From an uncultured bacterium (lineage in GTDB: Bacteria > Patescibacteriota > Gracilibacteria > Absconditabacterales > Absconditicoccaceae), in NCBI GenBank assembly GCA_963517005.1, contig CAUQDZ010000002.1, forward strand, positions 12,198-76,197: DNA of 64,000 nucleotides, read 5' to 3'. The notes beneath the pieces are model-generated. The model searched no databases. It was not told the origin of the DNA and saw only the letters and a list, made by a program, of their open reading frames with translations. A program made the translations under genes and the position numbers. Positions within the stretch are counted from its first letter, which is position 1. Each line of letters starts with the position of its first letter. Of this stretch, positions 11,178 to 22,651 are shown piece by piece.

Positions 11178-14100
11178 ATGAAGATGAAATCAAAAATTTT
11201 AATTCTCTCATTGTTGTTGGGGGTTGTTATGCATGGCTTCTCTATGGCAGAGGTGGTAGGAATATCACAGCAAAACTGGGATTCTTCAACAAATGATTAT
11301 TGGTTTAATCAAAAGTGTGATGAGGTAAGACAGCAGGAGGTGTATCTCAATCAGTATGGGGTATATCTTGATAATTTTGTTAATCCTGCATCAAATCCTG
11401 GTGCATTGTATTTGCACAAGAATAAAGTCTTGACTAGGGGGAATTATTTATTGTATAACCCATCAAATCATGTAAAAGGAAATGGTTTGAGTATCTTTAA
11501 CCGCGATCTTTTGGGGGTAAGGTGATGGAAGGTTAATCCAGGAGAAAAAGTAAGACATATGACTACTGCTGAAGAGGTAAGTGGAGCATCATTTTCTTAT
11601 GACTGGAAGTTAGATGTTCCATATACAGCGTTTGATGGAAAAAAATTCTATAAACCAAACTTTAGATCAGATGGTACACATCCACAAGCTCCAACAAAAT
11701 TCCCATCACGAGATGCGGAGTTTAGAACTATTACTTTGTATGATAATGATGATAAATTATCTACATCATCAAACAATCGTGCAATTGTTGAGTGTCAACA
11801 ACATGTAATTCGCTGGTGTGGAGATGGAATCTTGGATAAAAAATATGGTGAAAAATGTGATCCTAAAGACCCTCAAAAAGCTGGATGGGGAAATAAGGGA
11901 TGTGATGTATCTTGTCAGCCAATCAATGAGGAAGTAAAAAAGATTTATGATCTTGCACTCACAAAAACTATCCAAAATCAAAAAGATTCTTATACAAAAG
12001 GAGAAAATATTACTTTTGCTATTACGGTTCATAATCAAGGAGAGTTGGTAGCGAGAAATATTGAAGTGACTGATTATTTGCCAGCAGGTCTTGAACTGAA
12101 AGATGCTAATTGGACACAAGAAAATGGAATGATCAAGACTACTATTATTGGTCCTATCAATCCAGGACAGAGCAAAACAGTAAACTTGACAACAAGAATA
12201 AAACCTGACTTTTCAGGAAGTGATATTCTCAATTTGGCAGAGATTTCAAAAGATAATTCTGGAGAATATGGAACCACAGATAAAGATTCTACCCCTGACA
12301 AAAATCAGAATAATGACTGTTTTGTAGAAGGAAAGCATTTGACAAGCGGAAATGCAAAGTCAGGATCAAATGCTTGTAATGATGGAACAGATGAAGATGA
12401 TCATGATGGAGTAAGATTCTCAGTTCGTGATCCTAAAAAGCCAATCTACGATCTCGCACTTACAAAGCAGATTAAGGCTCCAGTAAAGCATGCTTATGCA
12501 CTTGGAGATGAATTAACTTTTGTGATTACTGTGCACAATCAAGGAGAGTTAGTAGCTAGAAATATTGAAGTGACTGATTATCTACCTGAGGGGCTTATTC
12601 TCAAAGATACAAGATGGACTTTTGATCCACAGACCCGTAAGGCTACTTATCAGATTCCAGGAGAACTTGCTGTAAATGGAACAAATTCGTCTAGATCTAT
12701 TGAAATGAATGTAGTGATTGATGGAAACTTTAAGGGATCAAAAATTCTAAATAGAGCTGAAATTAGTCGCGATAATGCTTCAGATTACGGTACAGTTGAC
12801 AAGGACTCTACTCCGGATCAAGATCCAACAAATGATTGTTTCTCAGAATCGTTCCTTCATAGAACTTCTGGAAATGGAAAGGCTAGTTCTGTAGATAACT
12901 GTAATGAAACTACAGATGAAGATGATCACGATGGAGATATTATTACTATTGCAAAGCCAACTATCAAAAAAGATCTTCAAGAAGTTGGCAAGGTTTATCA
13001 AGAAGGAGATCTTGTTGGATTTAAGATGCCTTTTGCCAATAATACTAATGATACTGTAAACAACGTATCTATCAAGGACTTTATGCCACTCAATCTTGAG
13101 TATGTAAGCAGTGAAATCCATGGAGTAACTCCTGCATATCATCAAACATATCAGATTGGTGGTGCAACTGTAGATGAGTGGTCTGGTTTCAATCTTCTTC
13201 CTAGTCAAAATGGAGTATTGTATCTTACCGGTAGAGTACTCAAGACAAATTTGGATTCAAGACTCAATACCGTTGGTATCTATACCAATAATATCCTTGT
13301 AGAAAAGGATTCTGAGCATTATGAACTCGGAAATAGAAAAGTAATTATTGAAAAAGATGTAAATAAAAATCTGGTTGCATCTGGTGAAATTGCTCAATAT
13401 ACGATCAAAGTAACGGCAACAGAAGGTGCTTATGATGAGCTTTTAGTAGTTGATACTTTACCAAAAGGAGTAGTATATCAAGAAGGTTCTTACAAACTAG
13501 GAGCTTCCAATACTCTTGTAAATATTGAATCTGCAACACTTGGAGTTAATGCTCAAGGATTACAGACTATCACATGGAGACTTCGCTTTCCACAAAAACT
13601 AGCTAAAAATCAGACTTTTTCTCTTGTTTATGATGCGAAATTGACAGTTGGAGAAAAGAAAATATATACCAATGTGGCTTGTGTAGAAGATCCAAAAAAG
13701 CCAAATGATACACCAATTTGTGATCCTGCGGATATTACTCCACCAGATCCAAATCCTCCTCGTCCTCCGAGACCAACCGATCCAACAGTTCAAATCAAAA
13801 AATATGTCAATAAGGTTGGTGCAGAATCTGGAAGAGAAGATGTTTTGATGACAGGATTTGCACAAGGACAAACAGGATACTTTACACTAGAAGCTCAAAA
13901 TGCTAGTGCAGGAATGAATACTTTCACGATTACAGATACTATTGAAGGAAATTTGAGTTATGTTGATTCTTCAGATCTTCTTAATAATGCCTTTACAGGA
14001 GTTTTCCTCAGAGGAAATGGAAATTCATCAGCATACAAGTATACAACAAATCAAACTGTTGAAAAGCTTTCAAACAATACTACTAGACTTACTTGGAAGG

Positions 14101-16430
14101 TGGTAATGACAGAAGGTCAGTTCCTTCCTGGAGATAAATATCAGGTACAGTTTAAGGTAAAAGTAAATGGAGATCAGAGAAATATTGCATTTATCGAATA
14201 TCCAGGTGGAAAGTGAAATGATGATGCATCAGTAAAAACAGAAGATGTAAAGCTGACTATCAAAAAGTATGTTTCTGATAAGATTGACGGAACATATAAC
14301 GATGATAGTATTACACTATCCAATAATACGACAGCATTCTTCAAACTTGTAGTATCTGGTGCAACAAATTCTCTTACCTGATTTGTAGTGAAAGATACTA
14401 TTAAAGACAATCTTAAGTTTGATTTCAGTTCGACAGGACTTGCAAATAATGCCTTTACTGGTGTGATTGCATTTGGAGCACAAAATCCAAACAAGCCTGC
14501 TTACAAGATTACACCTACAATCTCAGGAATTTATCCAGCAGATATTGAGTGGAAGGTAGAGATGTTGAATGGTAACTTTATGCCAGGAGATAGTTTGACT
14601 ATCATCTTCAAGGCTACTAAGCTCGGTACACAAGAAAATATCGCAACTGTTGAATATCCAAAAAGAGACGGAACAAAAGGAAAATCTTCTGATCCTGCAA
14701 AAGTAAGAAGTCATAGTACGCCATCGGTTACTCCTCCTAGTACCCCATCAAATGGATGATGAGGATGAGGTGGATATTACTCTCCATCATGTGGAAATGG
14801 ATATAAGAACGGTTATGAAATTTGTGATCGAGAAGGAGAATATAAAATTCCTTCAGATGGAAAACTTTTCAAGAATGAAAATATCTATGATACCAAATAT
14901 GCCGGATATATATGTACCGCTTCTTGTGGTTTAAAAAACAATGGAGAACAAGTAGCTCCAAAGTGTTTCAATCTCCAAAATGGATCAATTTCAATCATGA
15001 AGTGAGAAGTGTTGCCATTCTACTGGAATCTCGATGGTATGGCAGGAAAAGCTACTCCTAAAGAAAAGCAAGATTGGCTTAAAGATCATTATGTAGAAAA
15101 TAAAGACAAAGCTGATTCAACACCAAAGATTGATATTTCTTCTATGAAATGTACCTTCAAGGTTTATGGTCCAGGGCGTAATTTGAGTAATGTAGTTTAT
15201 GATTTTACAGCTCCATGTTTTAATCCTGATGGATGGCAGGACGCACTTCATGGTACTTACTCAAGTATCAAGGACTATATCAATCAAAATAGAGCTGGTT
15301 GGTTAGGAGGTTCTCTTCTTCTAAAGCAAGGACGAGTGAAAAATGTGTTTGATACCTTAGATAATCAAGGCCAATATCCTGTACTTTTCCCACTTTCATC
15401 AAAGCTATTGATTACAGATTTTGGGTCTGGAAACAATAGTCTTCATAAGTCAAATAATGATATTGTAAGATTGGATCCTACAAATATTAAAACCTTTGGA
15501 GAATATAAGGTTGCTCTAGAGAGGATTGATTATACGCTTGTATCAAAAGGAGAAAAGACACTAAATAAAGAAGATAAATTCTTTAATGACAGGATTTGTG
15601 AAGTAGATTTCGCAGTAACTGATCACTATATGATTCAGAGAAGTCCATATGGAATCGGAAACAAGGCTACAAAAGATTTGACGGCATATAAATTGATGAA
15701 ATGAGATAGTTTTATTTCAGATGGGAAACTTTTTGGTACAGAAAGAGCTGTAGAACAAGCTTATGCTCCATCAAAAGAACTTCAAAAGCAATTCACAACC
15801 TTCAAAAACAAGTATGCAAAGTTAGCAAAACCTGTAAAAGGAAAAGAAGGTCTTTCAAAAGTACCAGGAAAGTCTATCTATCTTGTATCTGGTAAAGAAA
15901 TAAATCTTGAAACTCTGATTTCTGATTATAGTAAACCTTTCACTTTGATTGCTACTAAGCCAGATGCAAAGATTATAATCAAGGAAAATCTTAATACCAA
16001 TGCGATGATTATGACACAATGAACGATTACCTTTGATGCAACTAACGCATGTAATGGAAAGCTTGATAAAAAAGGTCATGCTGGACAGATCGTAAAGGGT
16101 ATCTTCTATGCAGGAGCTGGATTTAAATCTTCAGAACATGACAAGCTAAAGAATACTTACGAGAAACTCTCAAAGGGAGAGCGATGTAATTACGGAAATC
16201 TTCATATCAAGGGAGTTGCTATCGGAGATCTGTCAAAAGTTGTGTCAGCTAGAAGATCAGAACTCTATACTTGGTTCCAAGGAAATGGAGGTGGTAAAGA
16301 TGGAGGAGAAAAAGTACAAAAAATAATCAATGGAGCTTCAGTGCTTGTTGATTACAACCCTACTCTTCGAGGAAATCTTCCTCCAGGTGCCAACGAATTT
16401 AACAAGGCGCTTGCTGTTTATAGAAAATAG
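11178..16430 (+). CDS. giant secreted surface protein (1750 aa) with DUF11-type repeat modules, CGDG/CGNG Cys-rich repeats and a Pro-rich linker
   Basis: Signal peptide MKMKSKILILSLLLGVVMHGFSMA. Track ORFs 11178.., 11559.., 14388.., 15009.. and 16242.. are all in frame 0 and joined only by TGA (joins read, no TAA/TAG). Repeated motif block: YDLALTK...ITVHNQGELVARNIEVTDYLP...DKDSTPD...DEDDHDG. Confidence 0.8.
11937..12935 (+). repeat. tandem intragenic duplication of two ~165-aa DUF11-like modules
   Basis: Unit 1 (11937-12410) and unit 2 (12435-12935) both run KK(P)IYDLALTK ... TVHNQGELVARNIEVTDYLP ... YGT.DKDSTPD ... NDCF ... TDEDDHDG. Confidence 0.8.
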
Positions 16431-16454
16431 CATAAACTCTTAGAATACCAGAGA

Positions 16455-16479
16455 AAGTGAGTTAACCACTCACTTTTTT
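16455..16479 (+). terminator. rho-independent terminator after the giant surface protein gene
   Basis: aagtgag-ttaacca-ctcactt hairpin followed by tttttt. Confidence 0.65.
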
Positions 16480-16657
16480 CTGATTTTGTCTTTTTTCTGC
16501 TTCAAAGGAGTTCTTTTGTTTAATAATTCTCAAAACTTTTTTTCTCACTTGCTATTATGGTCAAAATTGATATAGTAATAAAAAATAAAATCTGTAAATG
16601 TCGCTATTTTGTAAACAAAATCAAAAAATTTGATTTTTTATCTCGTTTTTTCTTGAG

Positions 16658-17734
16658 ATGATGTGGTATTTTCTCTTGATAGTGATTGTTTTGATTATTG
16701 CCTTTTGAGGTCTCAAATGTTTCCAAAAATGGAGAATTCTTGATAAACCTGGTTCTGACTTAAAAAATACCAGAGCACCAGTGCCGACCTTACAAGGAGT
16801 CTTTGTGATTTTGGCGATGATGGTAGTGGTTGGAGTTTTTTTTCCTCAGTGGTATAGTTCTCAGCTGTTTTTAGGTTTATTGATTCCATCACTCTTGATT
16901 GGTACAGTTGAGCTGATAGAGGAACTTAGCTATCTTGGAAAGTTTCCAAAAATTCCACCTTTTATTAGACTTGTTGTACATTTACTCTCAGCAGGATTGG
17001 CTATTTGGATTTGATGACTTGGTAATCAAGAATTGATTTTTGGTGGTATAGTCTATCATATTCCACATCGGATTTTTAGCATTGCATTTTTGATCTGGAC
17101 GATGTTTTGTATCAATGCAATCAATCGATTTGATGGGATTTATGCACAGGGAAGTGGAGTTTCTGCAATTGGTTTCTTTACGCTTTTTGCTTTGATCAAG
17201 TGGGTAGTATTTTCATCATATGATTCATTCCCAAATCTTGAAATACTCCTCTTTGTGCAAAATATGGCATTTATCCTCTTTGTGATTAGCTTGGTGTATG
17301 CAGTTATCGAATATAAGCCTCTTGGTTTGGTAAGAGATGTGGGGATTATGGTCTTTGGCTTTGCAATTGCCTATCTCTCTATTCTCTGAGGGGTAAAAAT
17401 CGGAACCATTCTTGTAGCACTTTCTTTACCACTATTTGATGCGATTTGGGTTGGGCTTTATAGAATCTTTGTAATGAAAAAAAATCCACTCAATGGGGAT
17501 TATACTCACTTTCATCATAGATTGATGGGGTTGGGATTCTCTAGGGGTGAGACCAGGGCATTTATCCGAATCTGGTCAATGATTATGATGATCTTGATGA
17601 TTATGCAGTGAGCTGATAGATTCAATAAAATCGTGATTTTTATACTGATGGCAAGCCTCTTTTTCTGAATCAATTGGTATCTCTTTATTTATAAAAAACT
17701 CCCTTGTGGATTGCAAATCCAAAAAGAGAGATAA
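16658..17734 (+). CDS. polyprenyl-phosphate N-acetylhexosamine-1-phosphate transferase (glycosyltransferase family 4, WecA/MraY-like)
   Basis: Frame-2 fusion of ATG 16658 with track ORFs 16781.. and 17033.. plus a 3' extension to TAA 17732-17734. Motifs: ILDKPGSDLKNTRAPVPTLQG, NAINRFDGIYAQGSG, PLFDAIWVGLYRI...THFHHRL. Multi-pass membrane protein. Confidence 0.8.
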
Positions 17735-17736
17735 AA

Positions 17737-17775
17737 ATAAAAAAGTCTGATCTCATTTCTGAGGTCAGCTTTTTG
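17737..17775. terminator. bidirectional terminator between convergent genes
   Basis: ctgatctca-tttc-tgaggtcag hairpin flanked by an A-run on the left and a T-run on the right. Confidence 0.6.
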
Positions 17776-19047
17776 TTATTTGTTTTCTCAAATTTTAGGA
17801 TTATGAGCTTTGTAAGCTTGAAATCCATATTGATCGAGTTCCTTATTAAAATAATCTACATACGTGTTGTAATTTCCAGCTTCTCCATTGATTTCTACTT
17901 GTACAGAATTGATGCTGTCTTTGAGTTTTTTAAGGCGTTCTGGATTTGACAAGTGTCCATTTACAAGATGGTTGATTGCTTTTGAAAAAGTTGGAATCTG
18001 AGTTTTGTCTCCATGTTCATATTGATCAAGAAGTGTCCAATAGCTAATGACTTTTGCAGCATAATCGTCTCGAGAACGTCCAGAGTATTTGTTAAGTGCA
18101 AAAATCCATCCATCTTTTCACTTGTTCATCCCATAGGTTTCATAGCAATTTCTTAAAAACCTTGCTGCAACATCTACTGCGAGTACGGGATTCCATCTTT
18201 CATCATGCTGTGCTAGGGTATAGGTGTCCTGTGTTTTTTCATAAAGCATAACTGCTTTTTTTCCTAGTTCGATATCTTTCATATTGCGAGAATTTGGTTT
18301 CCCTGGAGTTGTTTGAAGTACTTTAAGTCCATAATCTTGTGCATTAACGCCTTGGATATGAATCAATCAAAGACCTCAGTCAGATTTTGTTATCCTTCTT
18401 TTTCCTGTTTTTTCATCCGTTTTCCAGTTCAAAATGTTTGGTAGGGTTGGATCTCCCATTCCTTCTTGTGCCATCATTGCTAGGAGGAGATTAGAAGGAA
18501 TTCCATATTTTTGTTCTGCTGCATCGGTAAGTTTTTTTCGTCTTAGACATCTCATAACTTTTCAAATGGTTCCCATATCTTGAGGAAAATATTTCAAAAT
18601 GAGTTTGTCGTGCTGTTTTCTTTTGAGAAGATGGATTCCTTCTGGTTTGCTTTGTAAAATGCGAGTTCCAAATTTTTTGTTTGCAAGAAGGTGGTAGGAG
18701 TCTTGTTCTGTATTTTCTTTACTCTGTTTCTGTGTGATTTGTTGTTCTATTTTGTCGGGTTGTTTTTCTGGTTTAGGAGAAAGTGTCTGATAGGCAATAC
18801 TTCCTCCACTAGCAATCCCTCCAGCCGCCAATGCAATGAGTAATTTTTTTCTTGTTTCTGCTTGAAGTTTGGATCGATATTCTTTTGCTCTGGTATAAGC
18901 TTTTTCAGAAAGATTAGCAACTTCTTTCCCTCCTTGTTTTGTGAGTTTTCGTCCAAGTTTTGCTCCACTTTTACTTACATTTCGACTTGCTTTTGCAAGT
19001 TTTTTGGCATCTTGCTTAAAGTCTTCGTATTCTGGAGAGTGTTTCAT
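17776..19047 (-). CDS. membrane-anchored lytic-transglycosylase-like (SLT domain) protein
   Basis: Track ORFs 18562..19047 and 18118..18366 are in the same frame and joined by TGA codons. TM helix KKLLIALAAGGIASGGSIAY, then ...LLLAMMAQEGMGDP...SDGGLGLIHIQGVNA... resembles the SLT E...GLMQ pattern. Stop TAA (rc) at 17776-17778. Confidence 0.65.
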
Positions 19048-19248
19048 CGCTATTGCTTTAAAATAAAATCTCCCTTATTATACTTCCAAATTATCAAAAA
19101 AGCAAAAAAATCTGACTTTTCATCTTGATTACCTTACCTTCAAAAGTTTACAGATTTTTCTATCTTTCTCTTGATTTTTGAGAGGAAAATCAGTATAAAG
19201 AGATGATTTCCATCACTGGAAATATCATTTTTTGAGAAATCAAGATTT

Positions 19249-19320
19249 GCTCCTGTAGTTCAATGGATAGAATAGGCCCGTCCTAAGGGTTAGATACTGG
19301 TTCGATTCCGGTCAGGAGTA
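19249..19320 (+). tRNA. tRNA-Arg, anticodon CCU
   Basis: Cloverleaf with acceptor gctcctg/caggagt and anticodon loop gtCCTaa. The anticodon arm resembles my recollection of E. coli tRNA-Arg(CCU). T-arm ctgg-ttcgatt-ccgg. Confidence 0.8.
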
Positions 19321-19409
19321 GAGGGACATCCATATTTACGGTATCCTTGATCTCAAGGCGACTGTGGGATTGGTTCAGCTTTATTTTATTTTTCTAAATC
19401 CATTTTCAA

Positions 19410-19664
19410 ATGGCAAAACAAACACAAGAAAATGTATTTCAGAGACACGAAAGAGATACAGGGTCTCCAGAAATGCAAATCGGGCTTTTATCTAGCGAAA
19501 TCGCGATGCTTCAGGCTCATGTAGCTGCAAATGCAAAAGACTATGATGCAAAAAGAAGTCTTTTGAAAAAAGTAGCAAAGAGAAGAAGTTTCCTCAGATA
19601 TCTCAAAGCTAGAGATCTCGATGCTTATACAAAAATCTCTAAGAAAATCGGACTTAAAGTTTAG
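19410..19664 (+). CDS. rpsO: 30S ribosomal protein S15
   Basis: ...RDTGSPEMQIGLLSSEIAMLQAHV...RRSFLRYLKARD... is typical S15. Confidence 0.95.
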   Translation: MAKQTQENVFQRHERDTGSPEMQIGLLSSEIAMLQAHVAANAKDYDAKRSLLKKVAKRRSFLRYLKARDLDAYTKISKKIGLKV

Positions 19665-19802
19665 TCCAAAGAACAAGTAAAAATAGACAATGAAATTTTT
19701 GACTTGGAGAAGATATTTTGAAAAAACAAAAAATCTGACTCAATTCTGTAATTTTTTATTGTTAATTGTTCATTCTTTTTATTTCATTACTTTTATATTT
19801 TA

Positions 19803-20909
19803 ATGGCTAAAAAAGCTACAGCAGTTGCAGCTAGCAACTACACTGTTCCTGTGATCAAAGAAGGTCAAAAAGTAAAGGGAACTATCTTGAAAGAAATTGA
19901 GAACGGAGTTTTGGTTAATTGTGAGAATGGTGCTTTCACTGGTATCATCCTTTCAAAAGAAGCTAAAGAGCTCAAAAGATCTCAATTTGATCTTAATCCA
20001 TCTACAGAACTTGAACTTGAAATTATCAATCCTGCTGTAAGACACGAAGATGGATATTATATCGTATCTGTTACTAGACTTTTGCAATACGATGTTCGAA
20101 AGTCTGTTATCTCAAAGTTTGAAAAAGATGAAATCATCACTGTGGTTCCTACTGAAGCAAACCTTGGAGGACTTTTGATCGATATGCACGGTATCAAGGG
20201 ATTTATCCCATTGTCTCAACTTGCTCCTATTCACTACCCTAGAGTAGAAGATGGAGATCAAGAAGCTATTTTTGACAAACTTCTTGAACTTATCGGACAA
20301 GAAATCAAAGTTAGAGTGATCAATATCGATGAAGAAGATAGAAGAATCATCCTTTCTGAAAGAGAAGCTCTTAAAGAAGAAAGAGAAAAGGTTCTTGCTG
20401 AACTCGAAGTTGGAAAGATCTTCGATGGTGTGGTATCTGGAGTTTCTTCATATGGACTTTTCGTGACTATCGGAGGAACTGTTGAAGGTCTCGTTCACAT
20501 CTCAGAAATTACTTACGGACACGTAAATGATATTGATAGACTTGGAAAGATCGGAGACAAGATGCAAGTTAAGGTAATTGGTCTTGAAAATGGAAAAATC
20601 TCTCTTTCAAGCAAGCAGCTCAAAGGAGACCCTTGGACAGAACTTCCAAAGAAGTACAAGGTTGGAGATGTTATCGAAGGAGAAATTATCAGATTCGTTC
20701 CTTATGGAGTATTCGTGAGAGTATTTGACGACATCAATGGACTTGTTCACCTTAGCGAGCTTTCTCAAAAATCAGTTAACAATCCAAATGAAGTTGTAAA
20801 ACTCGGACAGATTGTTAAAGCAAAGCTTATCCTTATCGATCCAAAAAATAGAAAGATCGGACTTTCAATGAAACACTTGGAAGACAAAGCAGAAGCTAAA
20901 GCTGAATAA
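19803..20909 (+). CDS. rpsA: 30S ribosomal protein S1 (short, about 4 S1 domains)
   Basis: Repeated S1-domain pattern (G..V.G.V......G.FV.....G..H.SE). 368 aa with no in-frame TGA. Confidence 0.85.
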   Translation: MAKKATAVAASNYTVPVIKEGQKVKGTILKEIENGVLVNCENGAFTGIILSKEAKELKRSQFDLNPSTELELEIINPAVRHEDGYYIVSVTRLLQYDVRKSVISKFEKDEIITVVPTEANLGGLLIDMHGIKGFIPLSQLAPIHYPRVEDGDQEAIFDKLLELIGQEIKVRVINIDEEDRRIILSEREALKEEREKVLAELEVGKIFDGVVSGVSSYGLFVTIGGTVEGLVHISEITYGHVNDIDRLGKIGDKMQVKVIGLENGKISLSSKQLKGDPWTELPKKYKVGDVIEGEIIRFVPYGVFVRVFDDINGLVHLSELSQKSVNNPNEVVKLGQIVKAKLILIDPKNRKIGLSMKHLEDKAEAKAE

Positions 20910-20935
20910 TCGAGAAACTTTCAAAAAAAAAGAAG

Positions 20936-20962
20936 AAACCTGATTTTTCATCAGGTTTTTTT
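20936..20962 (+). terminator. rho-independent terminator after rpsA
   Basis: aaacctgat-ttttc-atcaggttt 9-bp hairpin followed by a T-run. Confidence 0.7.
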
Positions 20963-20975
20963 GGATACGAAGAGA

Positions 20976-21260
20976 ATGGCTAATTTCAAGATTGGAAGAA
21001 TCATGATTGGAATCAAAGATCAAAACGGAGACGGGAAAAAGGAGGTTGTTTATATTTTGACTGGAAATTATACACAACCAGGTGCTGTATCTGTTTTGAC
21101 TAGCTTAGGATGTTTGTCTTTAGACATTATGATGTTAGATGGCCATTCCTCTGCTCAGATGATGGCTGAGGGAGTTGACTATTACAGTAGTGTTGTTGTT
21201 TCTAGTATATGGCACACGCGACGAAACATTCCCTGTGTAATTTATGTACGACATAAATAG
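20976..21260 (+). CDS. hypothetical protein (94 aa), possibly a gene fragment
   Basis: ATG..TAG ORF. The stretch ...LDIMMLDGHSSAQMM... only vaguely recalls LDGG(S)S-type glycosidase motifs. No further support. Confidence 0.3.
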   Translation: MANFKIGRIMIGIKDQNGDGKKEVVYILTGNYTQPGAVSVLTSLGCLSLDIMMLDGHSSAQMMAEGVDYYSSVVVSSIWHTRRNIPCVIYVRHK

Positions 21261-21272
21261 GGAGTGTAAATT

Positions 21273-21306
21273 AAAAAAAGAAGGATAGAATTCTATCCTT
21301 CTTTTT
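21273..21306. terminator. palindromic hairpin shared by convergent genes (copy 1 of a duplicated terminator)
   Basis: gaaggataga-at-tctatccttc perfect palindrome around an EcoRI site, with an A-run on the left and a T-run on the right. A near-identical copy lies at 44131-44162. Confidence 0.6.
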
Positions 21307-21744
21307 CTATAAAGATAAAGCTGAATATAAATATCAATATAAATATAGAGCAATACTTTCCTGTCCACCATTTCATAACAATAAATGCCCAGTGATCAAT
21401 AACGAAGAGCAAATTATAAACCAAATAAAATTATACAAGCAGTTTTTTTTAACGAAAGCTTTCTTTTTCCATAGATAAAGTTCATTACATATAAAGACAA
21501 GACAGAAAATAATAATTCAAAAAATCATATAGTAATACATTTGTGCGGCTAAGGTAGAGAAAAAGTACTCAAAATAGACAAGGTCAAAATACTCATCTGT
21601 TCCAGGATTGTCCAATAATGGAACTACCTTCATATAAGACAAAAAATTTACAATAGTTGTGAATAATACAATAAAAGTATAGCCAAAAGAAAGTAGGAAA
21701 AAATATCTCGTAGATTTTGGAAAAGTGGGTAGTTGTCGTTTCAT
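21307..21744 (-). CDS. small multi-pass membrane protein, paralog copy 1
   Basis: MKRQLPTFPKSTRYFFLLSFGYTF... reads through TGA codons to TAG (rc) at 21307-21309. An alternative upstream ATG lies at 21768. The first ~70 nt of the CDS are identical to the copy at 43733. Confidence 0.55.
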
Positions 21745-21832
21745 TATTGGTTTATAAAAATAAAACATCTGAGTTAATATATAGTGATATAAATAATGAA
21801 ATCAACTAAAATTTTCCTCAAAAATTCCCTCC

Positions 21833-22483
21833 CTAATACGCTTCTACATAGATATTGCTATATCCTCTCGCTCTGAGCTTGGTCATAAAATCCTTGACCA
21901 TCAAAGGCACTCCACAGATGTAAAATTCCGTCTCGGGAGCAAAATCGATCTCATCGATCTGAATTCTTCCTTTTTCATAATCTGCCACATCTTCTCTAGA
22001 AACGGAAATATGAGTTTCATCAATATTGAGAGCCTTGATTTCTTTAGTGTAAAAGAGATCTTTTTCGTAGGAAACGGAAAAGAAAAACCACTTTTTAGCT
22101 CAGCTTTGGTCTTCTTTTGCCATACGATAGCACGGAGCTAGTCCAGAACCTGTCGAAAGAAAAACTTTTGGATTTTGTGTATTTTTGAGAGTAAAGTGTC
22201 CATTTGGACCTTCAAGTCCTACTTCTGCACCAATTTGCAAGATTTTGAGCTGATTTGAGCCTTGTCCATTGTCTACTAGTTTAATCAAAAAAGTTAAAAT
22301 GCTGACTTCTTCTTGCGTTTCGCTATTTGCGATGGAGTAAGCTCTTTTGAACGGTTTTTCTAGTCCAAGATAATTGATAAATATCCACTGTCCAGGGAGT
22401 GAGTCGATTTTTGATGTTTCGAGTTTAAGTTCAAGCATTTCATCAGTAAGCATTGTTTTTGAAAGTATTTTTGCTGTTTGCAT
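21833..22483 (-). CDS. ferredoxin/flavodoxin-NADP reductase-like oxidoreductase (FNR family)
   Basis: RAYSIAN (R-x-Y-S FAD motif) and LSTGSGLAP (G-x-G-x-x-P NAD(P) motif). Track ORF 22100..22483 is extended through TGA 22100-22102 to TAG (rc) at 21833-21835. Confidence 0.7.
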
Positions 22484-22651
22484 TTTGAGTTATAACGAAT
22501 TAAAAAGTCAGATTTCTTTTTTCTTTTCAAAAAAAAGTTTTCTACTCACTATTGTACGAGATTTTTTGATTTTTGCAAATTTTTGGCATTTGACTTGATT
22601 TTTTTGAAACTTTATTTACAACTATTTTTACTTTATCTGTTAGTGCTACTG

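Noticed and set aside
19249-19320. Whether this tRNA is the UGA-decoding tRNA-Gly(UCA) expected in a table-25 organism.
   Set aside because: The 7-nt anticodon loop reads g-t-CCT-a-a, so the anticodon is CCU (Arg, reads AGG). No UCA-anticodon tRNA is visible in this window.
19321-19409. Possible structured rpsO leader between tRNA-Arg and rpsO.
   Set aside because: I could not find a convincing helix or pseudoknot by eye. It is more likely just the promoter/5'UTR region.
21273-21768. The inverted duplicated segments (21273-21768 and 43708-44162), considered as the ends of an IS element or composite transposon.
   Set aside because: No transposase, integrase or target-site duplication was seen. 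The repeats encode a small membrane protein plus a terminator, and the bracketed 22 kb contains core genes (nrdD, trmD). I treat them as paralogs and report them as a possible inversion substrate instead.
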